Shown: positions 40,640-54,122, counted from the first letter of the stretch. The stretch: 64,000 bases of DNA from Epiperipatus broadwayi (GCA_028023455.1 JAQFVV010000004.1:18352001-18416000), one strand, 5' to 3'. Made by a program: numbers and translations. Notes: a model not told the origin generated them from the letters alone.

Positions 40640-41247
40640 CTAATTAAATTTACAGATTTCATTCAATAAAAAAAAATATGTTAAAGATTTTGTAACGTTT
40701 ATTTATATCTAAAATATAAAAAAAAAGTGTTATTTTATTGTCATACATTAGAACATCATCATTCAATGTTGAAATTCCATTCCATCTCATTCCAGATTGA
40801 GTTTATATTTTTTATTCCTTGCAACTATTCTTACTTGGATTTCTCTTTTCCATTTTTCTGGTATTTACATTCTTCTATATGATTATCATCATCCATATTC
40901 ATTTATCGTTTAGTGTTTTTATTTTTAATTTTGCTTCTGTGTTTTCATACTTACTCAAAATACCTTCATTTTTATTCATTGTAATAATAATAATCACTTA
41001 CTATGTCCATTATAACAATAATATTTTTTTTCTTTCCAATAGTGCTACCTAATGCAAGCTCTAGTCATCATATTAGAAAAAGTGGTCATATGGTATTTTA
41101 AGGGTGAATCCATTACAATAAATAATAAAACGAATTGGTTTCACATATGACTTTTTTAAATTTATTTTGCAGACAATTGCAATAATCTTTTACTTTGTTT
41201 TATATATATATTTGTTTGTTTTATTAAAATAAATTACTTACTTATAA

Positions 41248-41358
41248 ATTATAACGTGAAAGCTGAAACCTTTATCAGATGCGCCTTAAAAATGCTTATA
41301 CAACAGCCAATCAGATGTAATAATGACTGCACAGGGAACTCTCAAGTCAAAACACAAG
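41248..41358. mobile_element. Single diverged arm of the 54644-54883 palindromic element family
   Basis: ataacgtgaaagct...ccaatcagatg.aataatgac...aacacaag aligns with 54648-54760. Confidence 0.7.
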
Positions 41359-42889
41359 ACAAAGATTTTACGAGAAAAAGATGGTTCCCACCTTCTCTAC
41401 TTATAAATTAAAAATATATGGTAAAAAGACCAAAAATGTAGATAATTAATATTTTTTCCCCACATAAAATGATTGGATTTTAGGTTGTTGCTTTTTTACC
41501 ACAATATTTTAGATTTTAATACTTTACAAATATTTTCCATTTATCATAGCCGATCTCAAATTTTACAATTTTACGAGCAGTTAAATTTGGAGTAAACAAC
41601 TTTTGAATTCCTTTAAAAAAATAAATAAATAAACATTTTTGATATTTGGACTGATATATAATATGACGAGATTTAAAAAAATTCAGATTATAAGATCAAG
41701 CACCCAAAACTTTAAAAATAGACTTCTTAATATAAAATAAACAAAATGATACACACTATCCACTTTGAAATACAAATAAAATTTCAAGTTAGGATCCCTT
41801 TTTTCTTTCTTTCAATTTTTCATTAATTTAGAGGAACCAATAAAATGTACTATATGAATGTAATGATAAGATGCATAATTGAAAATAAATGTAAATCTTT
41901 ACTGAATAAAATTGAAATTTTATAATATTTATATTCATATATTAATATAAAAAAAAATTCAACACAATAAGAATTATGAAGAGCTTGTATTATAGCAAGC
42001 TTTTTTTTCTCTTTATCAGTGGAAGTCCTAGAACCTACTTTTATAAAAATTTATTTTGATAGAACTTTAAATGGAATTTTCTTTTCTGGACAAACAAACA
42101 ATGGAAATATCAACTTACTTCTTACTTATTAGGATATATAAATATTAAGATAATCACCATATTTCCAAGTGACAAATCCAGATATTTTACTTCAGTACAA
42201 TCAACTTTATTATTATCAAGTTTTTCTTTCTCATGGTGTTTATCCTTGTGCAAAATTATTATTGAATGAATTAGTTTGATACCAATTGAACGATTAGAAA
42301 GAAATTATGGCTTAATCCAGCCCTTTAAAAATTGTCTTCCTTATACATCAAACTCTTTACTATAACCCAAAAATTGCATAAAAATGTTAAATCAAAATCC
42401 TGCTCATAATAGTATCATATATGTGGAAAAAAATTTTCAAGTTTTTACAATCAACAACTCATCAGAGATGTAATAGTAATAGCGATAGTATTATGCTTTA
42501 AACAATGTGAAAATAAGATTTTTATACTTTAGATTGTCTTGATTTCTATAGTAGATTGTAGTAAAATGTTTTGAGTTCAGTCTGCATAACATAAATAATT
42601 CTCTAAAAATTCTAAATTTTATTTCACATAAACACTGTTAAAAAAAACTGTTTTGAAATGCAGATTAGCAAATTTTGAAAATATTTTCTGAAGAAAATTT
42701 TCAATTGAATCATAACCTAAACTTTTTTTAAGATTATTTCTAAAATCATATATTTCTGCACATAGATTTATACATTATTTTCTCTTTTATGGAAAATATA
42801 TTATTTCAATTATAAAAAAAGTAATAACATAATCGTCTATCTAATTATCTTTTCTAAAAATTGCGTTTAACTTTAAAATACTTTTATTA

Positions 42890-44172
42890 GGAATGAATGT
42901 CTTATTGATTTCTTCATTTACTTCCATTTCATTCTTCTATGAACAGCAATATATATATATATAGATTTTTGATTCAAATTAATTGTAGCCAGTTTGTTTA
43001 TCACCATTTGTCCATTACAATCTTACTACATTTATTAAGTATAGCTTACTTTTCTTTAAATTTTTGAATGCCAAATTCTATTTCTTTTTATCACTGAGGG
43101 CACCATTAGGCCACTGTTGACCTAAATATAACTATTTGGAAATTGTCTTAAGTAATCAGAGAAATTGCTTGGATGAATGGGAGAAAAAAATTGATAAATG
43201 AAGCAATGAAAAAAAAAATTGACAAAGAAATTAACAGTGTTCTCATATAATAAATATGATGTAGCTAGAATTTTATGAGTGGTGATAGCAGAGTTAACAT
43301 ATGTGAACAAAGCGGTTATATGTTAGTAAAGGGGTATTAGATTACTTGGAAAAATACAAAAAGAAGTAGGAAGACATGCATTAGCTGCAGATGTGTGGAT
43401 GGCAAAAGAAGCAATTCAAAGAGAAATGGGATGGTCAAGTTTTTATATGAGAGATGCAAAATGGTCAGTAAGATGGGTGAGAAAGGCAATGTGGTAAGCA
43501 GAAGATTTGGATAAAAAATTTACATCAGTATACTTGTACAAAAGATGGGATGATTGGGTTAGAATTGTTGAGTGTTATAGTGATAAGAAATGAGATAGAA
43601 TAGATGCATTAATAAAGAATAGGGAGTTGAGAGATGGAGAACTAGTATGGAAAGTAAAAAGAGTTTAAATATATATAGAAGTAAACGGAATATTGGGTGC
43701 GAGTGAATTTATAATAATAGCAAGGTAAGTAGTTTACTGTTTAAGACTCGAATGGGATCTTTAGCAACAAGAGAATATACACATGAATGGAAAAATGTGG
43801 GTGATGTGGTCTGCAAGTTGTGTACGAAAGGCATAGAAAATATTAGGCATCTGTTAATTGAATGTAAATGCCTGAAAGCAGAAAGGGTGCAAATAATGAA
43901 GTTGTGGAAGAATAAATATAAACAAAGTTATTATACAGAAAGTTGGTTATTGGTTTTTATGCTGAGTTTGGGAAAGGATAAAGGGGGATTTAGATATAAA
44001 GACCATGGAGTTGACAAAGTTTATGTTGTGGAAATGGAATGTAGCAGGATATGGAAAAACTTAGGGCGGGAAATAGAAAGGGAAGGTAAAGTGGCTAACA
44101 GGTTTCTCTAGGCACAGTTGCCGAGAGATTCCTGACTCCGTATAAGGAGAAGTCACAGTGCATTACATCTCA
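42890..44172 (+). mobile_element. 5'-truncated LINE 3' portion (RT thumb plus zinc finger) with an adjacent inverted RT fragment
   Basis: 43105-44172 on +: KYNYLE, AIQREMGWSSF, LLFKTRMGSL..CKLC..HLLIEC, cattacatc tail. ~42890-43075 is a minus-strand piece homologous to 46030-46118. Confidence 0.75.
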
Positions 44173-45989
44173 GCATATAGAAAATTTGATTTACATTGAT
44201 CAAAAAGTTATAATGAACGTTCCGAAATAAATGCCGCCAACAGATGATGATGCAGACACAAACAGCAGCCAAAAACAAATATAACTATTAATAATTTTTG
44301 TTTTAGTAAATTCAAAAAATATTAGTCAAAATAAAAAAATAAAAGTTTGACTCAAATTTCCCAACCTTATTTGTCTGAGTGCAATTGACATTGTGGTGTA
44401 TCAAATGCTTCGGTAAACAAGTTTGGCCTCCTCACCTTTATAGGGCTTTGTATGACCTTCCAGCCAGCGATTTATCTCCTAAACTCCAACCTTCCTTTCT
44501 TAGAGATTTTAGTAAAGCCAATCTCGGACAGAAGTTAACGAATAGTGCAGAGCGATTGTTCCTTAACCAGGGAAAGACTTCAGGACCAAAACAAGGAGGT
44601 CATATGCTCCTTCAACACTCATAAGGGTGCGTATTTACTATACCATCCTTAAGGTTACTCCATACAAGAAAAGGGACAAGATTATGACTTCTTAATCTTT
44701 AATATAATAAATAAAAAGGAAATCTCAAAATCTCACTGGCTTGCAAGAAAAACAGAACTATATAATTAATATATCGTCAGCCGAAAAATCCATAGTTTGC
44801 AGGAAACGCAAATACACATTAAATTACTTTTAAACGAAAAGAGACAGGTGATAATAAAAAACCCACTATTCTCAGCCAAAGTTTTTAACAACAATTAATA
44901 ATATATAAAAAAAATAAAATAGCACACTCTGACAAAATGACAAAAATTAAAATCTTGAACTGATTCTCTACAATTTACAGGTTTAAAAGAAAATATATCT
45001 AATAAAAGAAATATTTATAAATTAGTAATAACGTCTAAATTTCTACTCATAAGCCTATCATATGTTCGTATTCTTTTTCTTTGAGTATAAAGTTTAGAGA
45101 TTTAAGCCCTGGTTAAAATAGAAGAATGTTCAGTTACTTTCCAGACTTCAGTTATTTTATCTGATTTATTTCAGTGGTGTGAGCAAGGTTTTGTTCTATC
45201 AGGAGTAAATTACGATGGTTTTGGATCTCCAGTAATCTGGTTGAGGAATAAGAAGACAATCTTCAGGATCAGGCACAACTAGATAATTAGGACATGTTAC
45301 TGATGACACAATTTCGAGCTCCGGGATTCGTCTTGGAATGTTTTTAGCATTACATACTTTTAATATGGTTCTTTAAGGTGGGTAGTTTTTACATTTTGCA
45401 TTGATGGTCACTATCTCCCTCAATAAGTGTATGCTCTTCTTTTTTTATTTTTTTTTGAACAGTTTCTTTAGCAGTTAACAATCAGCAAGTAGTAGTCGAC
45501 AATGCACAATTAGCAAACTTGACTTCACAATTAGTAAAAGAAAACAGCAATCAGCAATTTTCAATTCACAATTTCTAATACGTAAATGTTAATTCGCAAT
45601 CTGCAAATATAAAAATATATAAGATGTCCTCTAAAAAAAAAAATCAGAGCTTTTATATATTATTTTTATCTCCTGCCATATCTTAATTAAAAGTTAACCA
45701 GAGCTATTCTTTATCTTCTCTCTTTTCTTTTTAATACCACTTTTAACATATTAGAAAATAAGTCTCTGCTTTTAAAGTAGATTAAAACAAAAATTATCTC
45801 AATCAAAATTCTTTTAAAGCAAAATATTTTTATGATTTCCATTTATAATCGAGTACGTGTGTTAAAAGCACGTAATACACTTTAAAAAAAAATACAAAAT
45901 TTTAAATAAAATTTTCTCTTTCTTTTTAAAATCTCTATAGATATATATTTTAGTTTTGATTTTAGAATGGTTGATTTTTGAAGCAGAGA

Positions 45990-46500
45990 AAGTCTCCAGT
46001 TCAATATGTAGACTTAATTCACATCCTTGATTTTTGATTCAAATTAGTTGTAGCCGTCTTGTTTATCATCATTTGTCCATTAAACTCTTACTACATTTGT
46101 TAAATATAGTCTTACTAATATTCTTAATGTAAATGATTTTAGAAAAATATCCGAAATGCATATCATTAAATCAAAAGACTTTATCATGATATGAATGACA
46201 ATCCAATTACAAGCAGATTAAGTTCATATAATTATTTTTTTTTTGCCAGGCATGCAAGGCATAAATCTTGGCAAATGGCCCTTCAATCTTATAGTAAGAA
46301 CATTTAATTTAACCATGTATATTTTTGTAGAAAAATTGTCTCTATTTCTCATTTCAAGTCAAACTATTTTCCAGTTCATCCTTTAAATTCATACTAATTC
46401 TAATTATCCTTTGATATATTTATCTTTCTAATTGTTTGTATTCATTTAACTATTATCATTATTAGCACTTTTGATGAATTTATCTTTATCCTCAAATCTA
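45990..46500 (-). mobile_element. Decayed LINE fragments (RT NQGCELS motif and upstream linker)
   Basis: Minus strand ...aatcaaggatgtgaattaagt (QGC motif); purine-rich sense strand like the 62449+ ORF2. Confidence 0.5.
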
Positions 46501-47144
46501 TGTAATCATAATTTAAGTTAGAATGAAGATTATGATATTGTCAGGTTATAAAATGTATTAGTAGGCCATCTACATTACAATAGTGTTTTACCTGATACTA
46601 CTTATTATTGATTATAATTTACTATCATTTTTTCTTCTCTCATTTAAGTAAAAAAGATAAAAAAAACAATTTTTCTACTTAAAGACATCTACTATATATT
46701 CCTGTTATTAATTCTTACAGTTTTATTTTCCTCCTCCCTCTATTAATTGCTCCTAGTCTAGCTTTATATACTTATTTTTATAGTAATATTTTCATCCCGC
46801 TTTTTCATGATTTAAATGAATTCTCTCAGAAAATTTTCCTTTGAAAAAATTCACCACTCTTAATTTTTTTTTAGTATTGTTATTTGTATATACTATTGTA
46901 ACTAGAATCTATTTATCAATAACTTATTAGGTCCTTACTTTTATAAAGTTTATCTCATGACAAGATCATCCATCTCAGCTCATTAAAAAATTAATTTATT
47001 TTATCGTCCTTGTTTTTTCTAACATCCACTAATCCTATTTCCTGAATTTATTTTTCTAATAGGCCAACAATAGATTCTATCATATTCATCAGTGAATAAG
47101 TCACTTGTGAAAGTAATAAAGTTTTTTTGACAGTATCTCCTCAT

Positions 47145-47859
47145 TAAAACAGGCAAAACTCTCTATACCTATTGCCACTCAATGCAAGCCAGAGTAATCA
47201 ATGGATGCCAGAAGGCTTGTGCATAAAATCCCCATCTAGTGCCTACTCATCCAATATCCCCAGACTAGTTTCTGGCTTGTGGCCTTCGTCAGTGAGGAGC
47301 CTTGGATCTGAGAGCACTGCACCTAGATCTTAGGATCTAATGCAACCCTCCAGCAGCCACCTTTTATCTCTACTTAACTACAAAACTATGAATCTTAAAT
47401 TGAAAACACCGTAATATTTTCAGTCCAAGCTCATTAGCTTATATAGTCATATAGGTCTCAACTCAGTTCAGTACCCATATATTTTGGTGACTTTGGTTCT
47501 TTAATAACCATAACCACTACTATCCTATTAGGCAGGATTGGTTTTAAGCCAATAAACATCGCATGATCATCATTTCCTATGCTTGCTTACAACTGTTATT
47601 AAAACAGGCAAAACTCTATACATATTGCCACTCAATGCAAGCAAGAGTAATCAATGGATGCCAGAAGGCTTGTGCATAAAATCCCCATCTAGTCTGGGAA
47701 TATTGGATGAATAGGTACTAGATGGGAATTTTATGCACAAGCCTTCTGGCATCCATTGATTACTCTGGCTTGCATTGAGTGGCAATATGTATAGAGTTTT
47801 GCCTATTTTAATAACAGTTGTAAGCAAGCATAGAAAATGGTGATTATGTGATGTTTATT
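47145..47859 (-). mobile_element. Retrozyme-like insertion: ~453-nt monomer plus partial tandem copy plus inverted arm
   Basis: 13-bp TSD AGTATCTCCTCAT (47132-47144, 47860-47872). 47145-47240 recurs ~453 bp later. 47551-47859 forms a near-perfect palindrome. Hammerhead at 47257-47298. No PLE protein motif seen. Confidence 0.85.
47249..47308 (-). ncRNA. Minimal type I hammerhead ribozyme with extended stem I
   Basis: Minus strand reads ATCCAA-gggc-TCCTCA CTGACGA aGGC-cacaa-GCCa GAAA CTAG TC|TGGGGA-ta-TTGGAT: exact core, palindromic ACTAGT stem III, GUC site (cut 47263/47262), internal loop in stem I. Confidence 0.88.
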
Positions 47860-50800
47860 AGTATCTCCTCATAAATACTTACGTCTGACACATTATTTCT
47901 GTATGTTTCCTAGCATCATTTGGCAATATTCTACAATCATAGGCTAGTATCAACAACAAATACTTTAAAACAAATAAAATCAAGGAATGCCCCATATTGT
48001 TTAGTACAATGGTTGAATCGATTCCAGTTCTAGCATTTGAATGTTTTATGAATTCTCAAACAATAAAGCCATTCCATTGTTTATTTAAATCAATGATATC
48101 GATAACTTGAGGAAGTATCAATATATATTAAATAAAAAAATTAAGCCTCTACAAAAATAACATTTAAAAAACCCAGAAATTACAGATAACCATTTTCTTG
48201 ATAAAAACCAGATACATCTGGTAAATTATCTGGGTTTTCACAAAAACTACTAGAGCGCATATAAGTGGGAATACCACTTCACATAAGATTATCTTAAATC
48301 CATTAGCCTAATAACTTTTCATGGTTAATGCATTCAGAAACACATCCACAATTACTTTACATAACAAAATTCTTTGAGGAAACACAATCCATCAGTTCTC
48401 AACTGCTACATCTAACCTTAACAATAATAAATTACATTATAGATTTAGACAGAGTCCCATTTCTCTGGGCTTTTTTAATCAGGCTATCTAAGACAATATA
48501 ATTTTAGTATAACTCGAACACAGATAAACTATAAAACAAATAATATAATAAATAACATTAATAAAAAAGAGATAAACACCTGATATGGCAAGATACTCTT
48601 TCCCTTGTGAATCACTTTATTTTGTAGGACTTAAAAATATATATAATTAAAATTTCTTTAATAGGAAATGTATATTTATTTTGACTGTTTTCACAGAATA
48701 AAAAGCTAGTTTAATGAATTGTGACTAGAAGTCTACTCATCAACACTCATGTTCTCATCCATACACTTGTATAACAACTATCTTATAATGCCGTATAACA
48801 ATTACACATTATTTTTTAAACTGTTTGTTGAAATATGATTTACATACATATGAAGTTAAGCAAATCACTTGATTGACTATTTTAATCAATACCAATGATT
48901 ACATTAAATCTTTGTTAAATTCACACACATTTCATTTTTCTTTATTATATCTACTTCTGTCAAGTTAGCTTAGATTCTAATGGTAAAAGAGGAAAACACT
49001 ATAAACAAACATATAAACATACACAAAAGATTTGTAAAGTGCTTCACTTATAACTGCATTAATGTCAAATATAAAATGCAGATCCATTTATTTAAATAAA
49101 GCTGATATGTGTTACTATTCCACTATATTCAAGACACTTGGCCTTCCCAGGGTTTTATGGTAGTTGACATAATAAATATATATTCATATTTGAATGAAAC
49201 TAAAACTCGGAGATTCTACTCTTTCTACACAAAAGACACCGCCTTTAGGTTAACATTCAAAATGAGAAAAATAACACATTAGGTAATCATATCCTTTATC
49301 AATTTAAAATCTGATCAGATTCAAGGCAGATATATTTATTTTATTCCTGGAATAATATTGATATTATAATCTTTGATATTTTCTAAAATACAAAAGAAGA
49401 ACTTTAATATCTTATAGATGTGTTCAACACACTTATGATTACCCATATTTCTTGGAATTAACAAGTCTTATCAGCAAATTTTCATTTGTTACAAGCTATT
49501 ATTTCTATTAAAACTTTACATTTATCATTTATAAATGTGTGTTTATTAATCAAATATATATTCGAAATTTTGCTTTGAAGATATCACTAACAGAATTCAA
49601 TTGTTTTTTTTCTTTTTACATATCAGCAAAAACATAACTTGAACTAGCTAAAAATATATACATAAATTATCATAATTTTTTATCATTTCTTTTTCTTCTC
49701 TAAAATAGAGTAGTTTTTTTATTTAATGGTATCATCTCTGATAATGTTTCATCAGCATTTTAAATTAAATGAAAAAATTTGTCCAATAAAAGTAGCAAAA
49801 AAAAAAAAAAGGCATACACTTATATACACATCTGATAGGTAATGTTGCATATAATTTTTCTTTAGAACAGTATTTTCAAAATGGCGATACAACTGCTAGA
49901 TTTTTTGTTATGAATTTTTTTATAAAAGTTATATTTTGAAAAAATCTTTTTTCTAAGACAAAAAAAAAAAGCACGAGAAAATGAATTGAAGATATTTTCA
50001 GGATATGAATAATAATAATAATTACATTTTTACATTATGTTGAAATCAACTGACTTAATAAATTACTTCAATTTTATTCTCCAAAAAGTAAAACTATTTT
50101 CAATTATAAAAATAAATTATATTTACCAGTACAATATTAATAATTACATTTTATTTTGTAAAAGAAATTGCACTTAATGTATACATGTGTGTATCAATTG
50201 GCCAAATTCAATTAGTAAAGTATATATGTTCTTTCAATCTTATTTTTATTTTTTAAAAATGACTGAAAACAAATTATTACATAATTTAATATTTATTTTG
50301 TTAAAAAAAAAAAAAAAGTTCCTGCAAAGGATGTTTTCTACATAGGTCTTAAATTTACATGAAATTATATACAGAATCATAATCCTTATTTTAAAACTTA
50401 TATATTAGAATTTATAATCAAATTTAAAATTAATAACTTCAAAAACATTTAAAATATTTTTTACTTTTATTTTATGATAACTGTTATATTTTCACAGTAT
50501 TATTGACTTTGATAAAAAGTTAGTTTATGGAGCCTTTAATATTTTATTTTTATTATTATGCAATCTAATGTTTTAGATAAATTGTATGTGCAATCAAGTT
50601 CGTAAAAAAGTCAATATGGTATACTAGTAGTCAACAGTTTTTTTTTTTTTGCCATGACCTTAATGGGATCCAAAATGATTGCCTTGATTAATAATTTGTT
50701 CCCTCTTAAGATATTCTCTCTCTCATTTTAGTTTAAAATACTTAATCTTTGTAACAGATATGGAGAGAGGCAAAATGTTTTTATTTATTTAATTGATCCT

Positions 50801-51332
50801 TTTAAGTTTCCTTCAGACCTAGTTACTGAAAGAAGACTTTTTCCTTATTTTTAATCTACCATTTTTTTGGATAACACGTGGTTAAAGAATTCTAATTTCT
50901 TTTGTCTACAAGAGTACAAAAACACAACAAAAAATTTAATTAATGTTTGACTATCTATTCTGAATATAACATTCTCCAACAATGCTTTAAAATATTACAA
51001 AAAATAAAACTAATAATCTTAAACACTAAAATAATAATTTTCAAAAATATTTATCATCTCCCTAATTATTTATATTTGTTTTTTTCAGTATTGACATTTT
51101 TTATAAAATGAAAGTTTGGTGTGTGTGTTTATATTTACCCTTATATTCACATTTCACCACTATCTTTTAATAGTATTTTATGAATTCTTTATTTTAGAGC
51201 AAAATTAATCCAATACTATTTATATAACTGATTTCAATTTTCTTCTTTTTTTTTTTTTCTGATTAAATAAAAAAAAAAATCCTGAGCTAACTGAATCAAA
51301 ATATATTAAGATTAATTTATGTATATACTTAC

Positions 51333-51453
51333 CAAATTTTATCAGCTCCAGTATGGAGATACTCTATTTTAGGTAAAAAATGTGGGTCTCTATACCAACA
51401 TGATGCAGTATAAAGCATGCCCACATGTAGGATCGGTGCTGTAATGCCTGTGA
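51333..51453 (-). CDS. JARID2: JARID2 exon, JmjC ([40 protein letters not shown])
   Basis: tag acceptor, gtaagt donor, 121 nt; SCWYRDPH and YLHTGADxIW motifs; an alternative AG lies 6 nt inside the exon. Confidence 0.92.
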
Positions 51454-52299
51454 CTACGTAAACAAAAAACATTGTAAATAAATCTCTTGAGTATTTTAAA
51501 AAAATGTATTTAAAATTTTATAATTAATAAAAATTATCTACTTATAACAATTTAAAAATGTAATCTTATATAAGTATAACTTTACAAATTATGTGGAAGG
51601 ACATACACAGATTAATTCAGCATCATAAAATAAATATATATTTATGTAAAATATGATGTAGTTAAACAGGAAAAAATGAATCCAAGTAATTTTAATTTTT
51701 AAAAAGTGAAATCAAAATAGCTGCAAAATTTCGCACACTGCATTTAGATCAAGTGGCAAGATTTATATATAAAAATCAAACAGTGGAAAATTTGAGAAAA
51801 TCACAAGAATACTGTGACTGTTACCTTTGATTTTTGAAACAAATGCCAAAAATGCTTTTGGTTGACTTTCCATCAAAACCAAAATGTATTATATTTATAT
51901 CTGTATAAACTTCACTTCTAACAAAAATTAAACAAAGATGATTCTGACTGATAGATGAAATTTTACAAATATATAGGTATTAGCAAAAAAAAAAAAAAAA
52001 CGGAACATATGCATTATTTTACTACAGAGGTAAATAATGTTATTCCACAGTACATCATTAATTTTGAGCTCATGGATTGGATAAAACACTCAAATTTATT
52101 TTAGTGAGAATAATAGTTATTATTATTAAGTGGTATGAATGACTACTACTGGCGGTCATGTGAATAGCATTTATTTCAAATGATTCCCCTATCATTTGTT
52201 TGGTTTTTCAGGTGATGTTAAAATGCAGATTCATTATTGTGAAGACCGACCATTATCTACCTTAAGGCTGGTGGTCCTTCATTTTCACTACCAAGCTTT

Positions 52300-53480
52300 T
52301 TAATTTTTATAATTTTTTGTAATAATTTAAACTACCTCATATTATGATCCAAAATAAGACAATTTCAGCCAGATTATTTGCACATCAAGTAAGAGTTTAG
52401 ATCCAATCAGGTTGAACATCTACTTGATCATTATCTTTGGGTCTATACAATATACAATAAGTCTTTAACAATACTACAGTTCTTCATTTCAAAAGATATA
52501 TTTCTACATCTAAAAATCTTTTATGATTTTTTATTATAATTCTCCCCGAGTTTGTGAAGAACCTCTTGATTACCAAAATTTTTACAGTTAATAAATGACT
52601 CAATGACACAAAAATAATTAAGCACCTCTATGACTTCATTACCAATTTTGAAAAGGGTTAATGATCCCTCATAGGTTATCACCATAATCATGAATTTTAA
52701 TTTTTTCAATCTTATTCTTTAATTTTTCTAATGAAAACCTTGAGGTCTTCTCTATTTCCATCTATAAATGTATCATCAATAATCTAACACTTGATATTTT
52801 TCCCCATTTATCCTGAATTCATTAGTATTCAATATGTTAATATACTTAGCTATTGGGAAACCAGCCCACTTTACTGTCATCTTATAGAAATTTCTTATTG
52901 TTCTGCATTATCCAACAATCCATGATTTATTCATATTTCAATATAAACAAAAATGATATAATCCATAAAACAAATATAGAATTCTTTCTGGCTTTCTTTG
53001 ACTTTTTCAATTATCCAATAAATACCATAATGGATGTGTTTATGTTATACATAGTTTCCTGAAATCAGCTTGCATATTTGACAATTCTTTTTTACTGTGA
53101 AACTCTAATCTGAGCTAAATGAGTTCTATAATCTTACTTGTATAAAAGATTTATAGTTTGCATACGACTATTTTTTTGATTTAGAAATTGATTTCTTCCA
53201 ATCTGTGAGATAATGAGGTTTTCCACATTAAATGCCAAAACTTGGTGAGTAATTTAATAAACGTTTTTGCAATTCCTTGCAAAAAAAAACCCCAGTGTCT
53301 TATTGTTTTGCAATGGCTTCAAAGCTAATCTGATATCATCTTCCATAACTGAAGGTTTAGCTGTAGGTTAGCTCCAAAAGAGTCACTTTTTATACATCAT
53401 AAATAAAATCTGATTTTTTTATTATTTTCCCCAAGATTCTGAACTAATGGTGTATCCTGAAATTATCATTAGAATATAGC
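52300..53480 (-). mobile_element. Decayed RTE-clade LINE, RT region
   Basis: ORF 52521..52709 (IGNEVIEVLNYFCVIESFINCKNFGNQEV) resembles the RTE IEVVxxFxYLGS region. Confidence 0.55.
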
Positions 53481-53548
53481 TAATTGTTTCTTCCTTCAGT
53501 TATAACTAAATTTATAAAAATTATTTCTTATGTGGTAATAGTACTTAC

Positions 53549-53619
53549 TATGCAATGATCCCAAAAAACGTAAAATATTGGTACCATTATGAGCTAACAC
53601 GTTCAAATTCCAACCATGT
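53549..53619 (-). CDS. JARID2: JARID2 exon, JmjC start (HGWNLNVLAHNGTNILRFLGSLH)
   Basis: attag acceptor, gtaagt donor, 71 nt; GWNLxVL motif of the KDM5/JARID2 JmjC domain; phases fit. Confidence 0.92.
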
Positions 53620-54122
53620 CTAATAAAAATTTAAGAACTATATTCATATAATAGAAAATTAAAACAAAAAATATATTTATATTGCTAACAATATAAAAAA
53701 AAAAAGCAAATTTACATAGTGAAGTCAATTGCAAAGTAAAAAATACTTGACACGTTCAACAAATTAATATTGTTATTACAAAATTATACTAATATTCATT
53801 AAAGAGAAAAAATGAAGAACATATTGTACCAAAAAAAAAAAAGGTAATGGTAAATGAAAATAACAGATTACGGACAATACAAATATAAACTTATTTTATA
53901 AGTAACTAACTCTGGAAACTTCACTACAGTAGTTCACAAGTCAGATTCTTAAAAAATCATTTTGCAAAACTCATCCTTTTAGATTAATTTCAATTCATTG
54001 ATCAGATAAAAAAAAATAACCATTTTTATCTGACTTCCGGTTGTTTAATGCTTAAAAAAATTTAATCAAACATCAAGTCTTTAAAAATATTAAAATTTTT
54101 ATATTAGCAAGTTTGTATATGC

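Noticed and set aside
48000-48040. B-box-like ggttgaatcgattcc
   Set aside because: No A box or cloverleaf; too short to call a tRNA or SINE.
531-51333. Five consecutive introns of about 9-11 kb
   Set aside because: Explained by independent transposon accumulation; too few introns to claim a length constraint.
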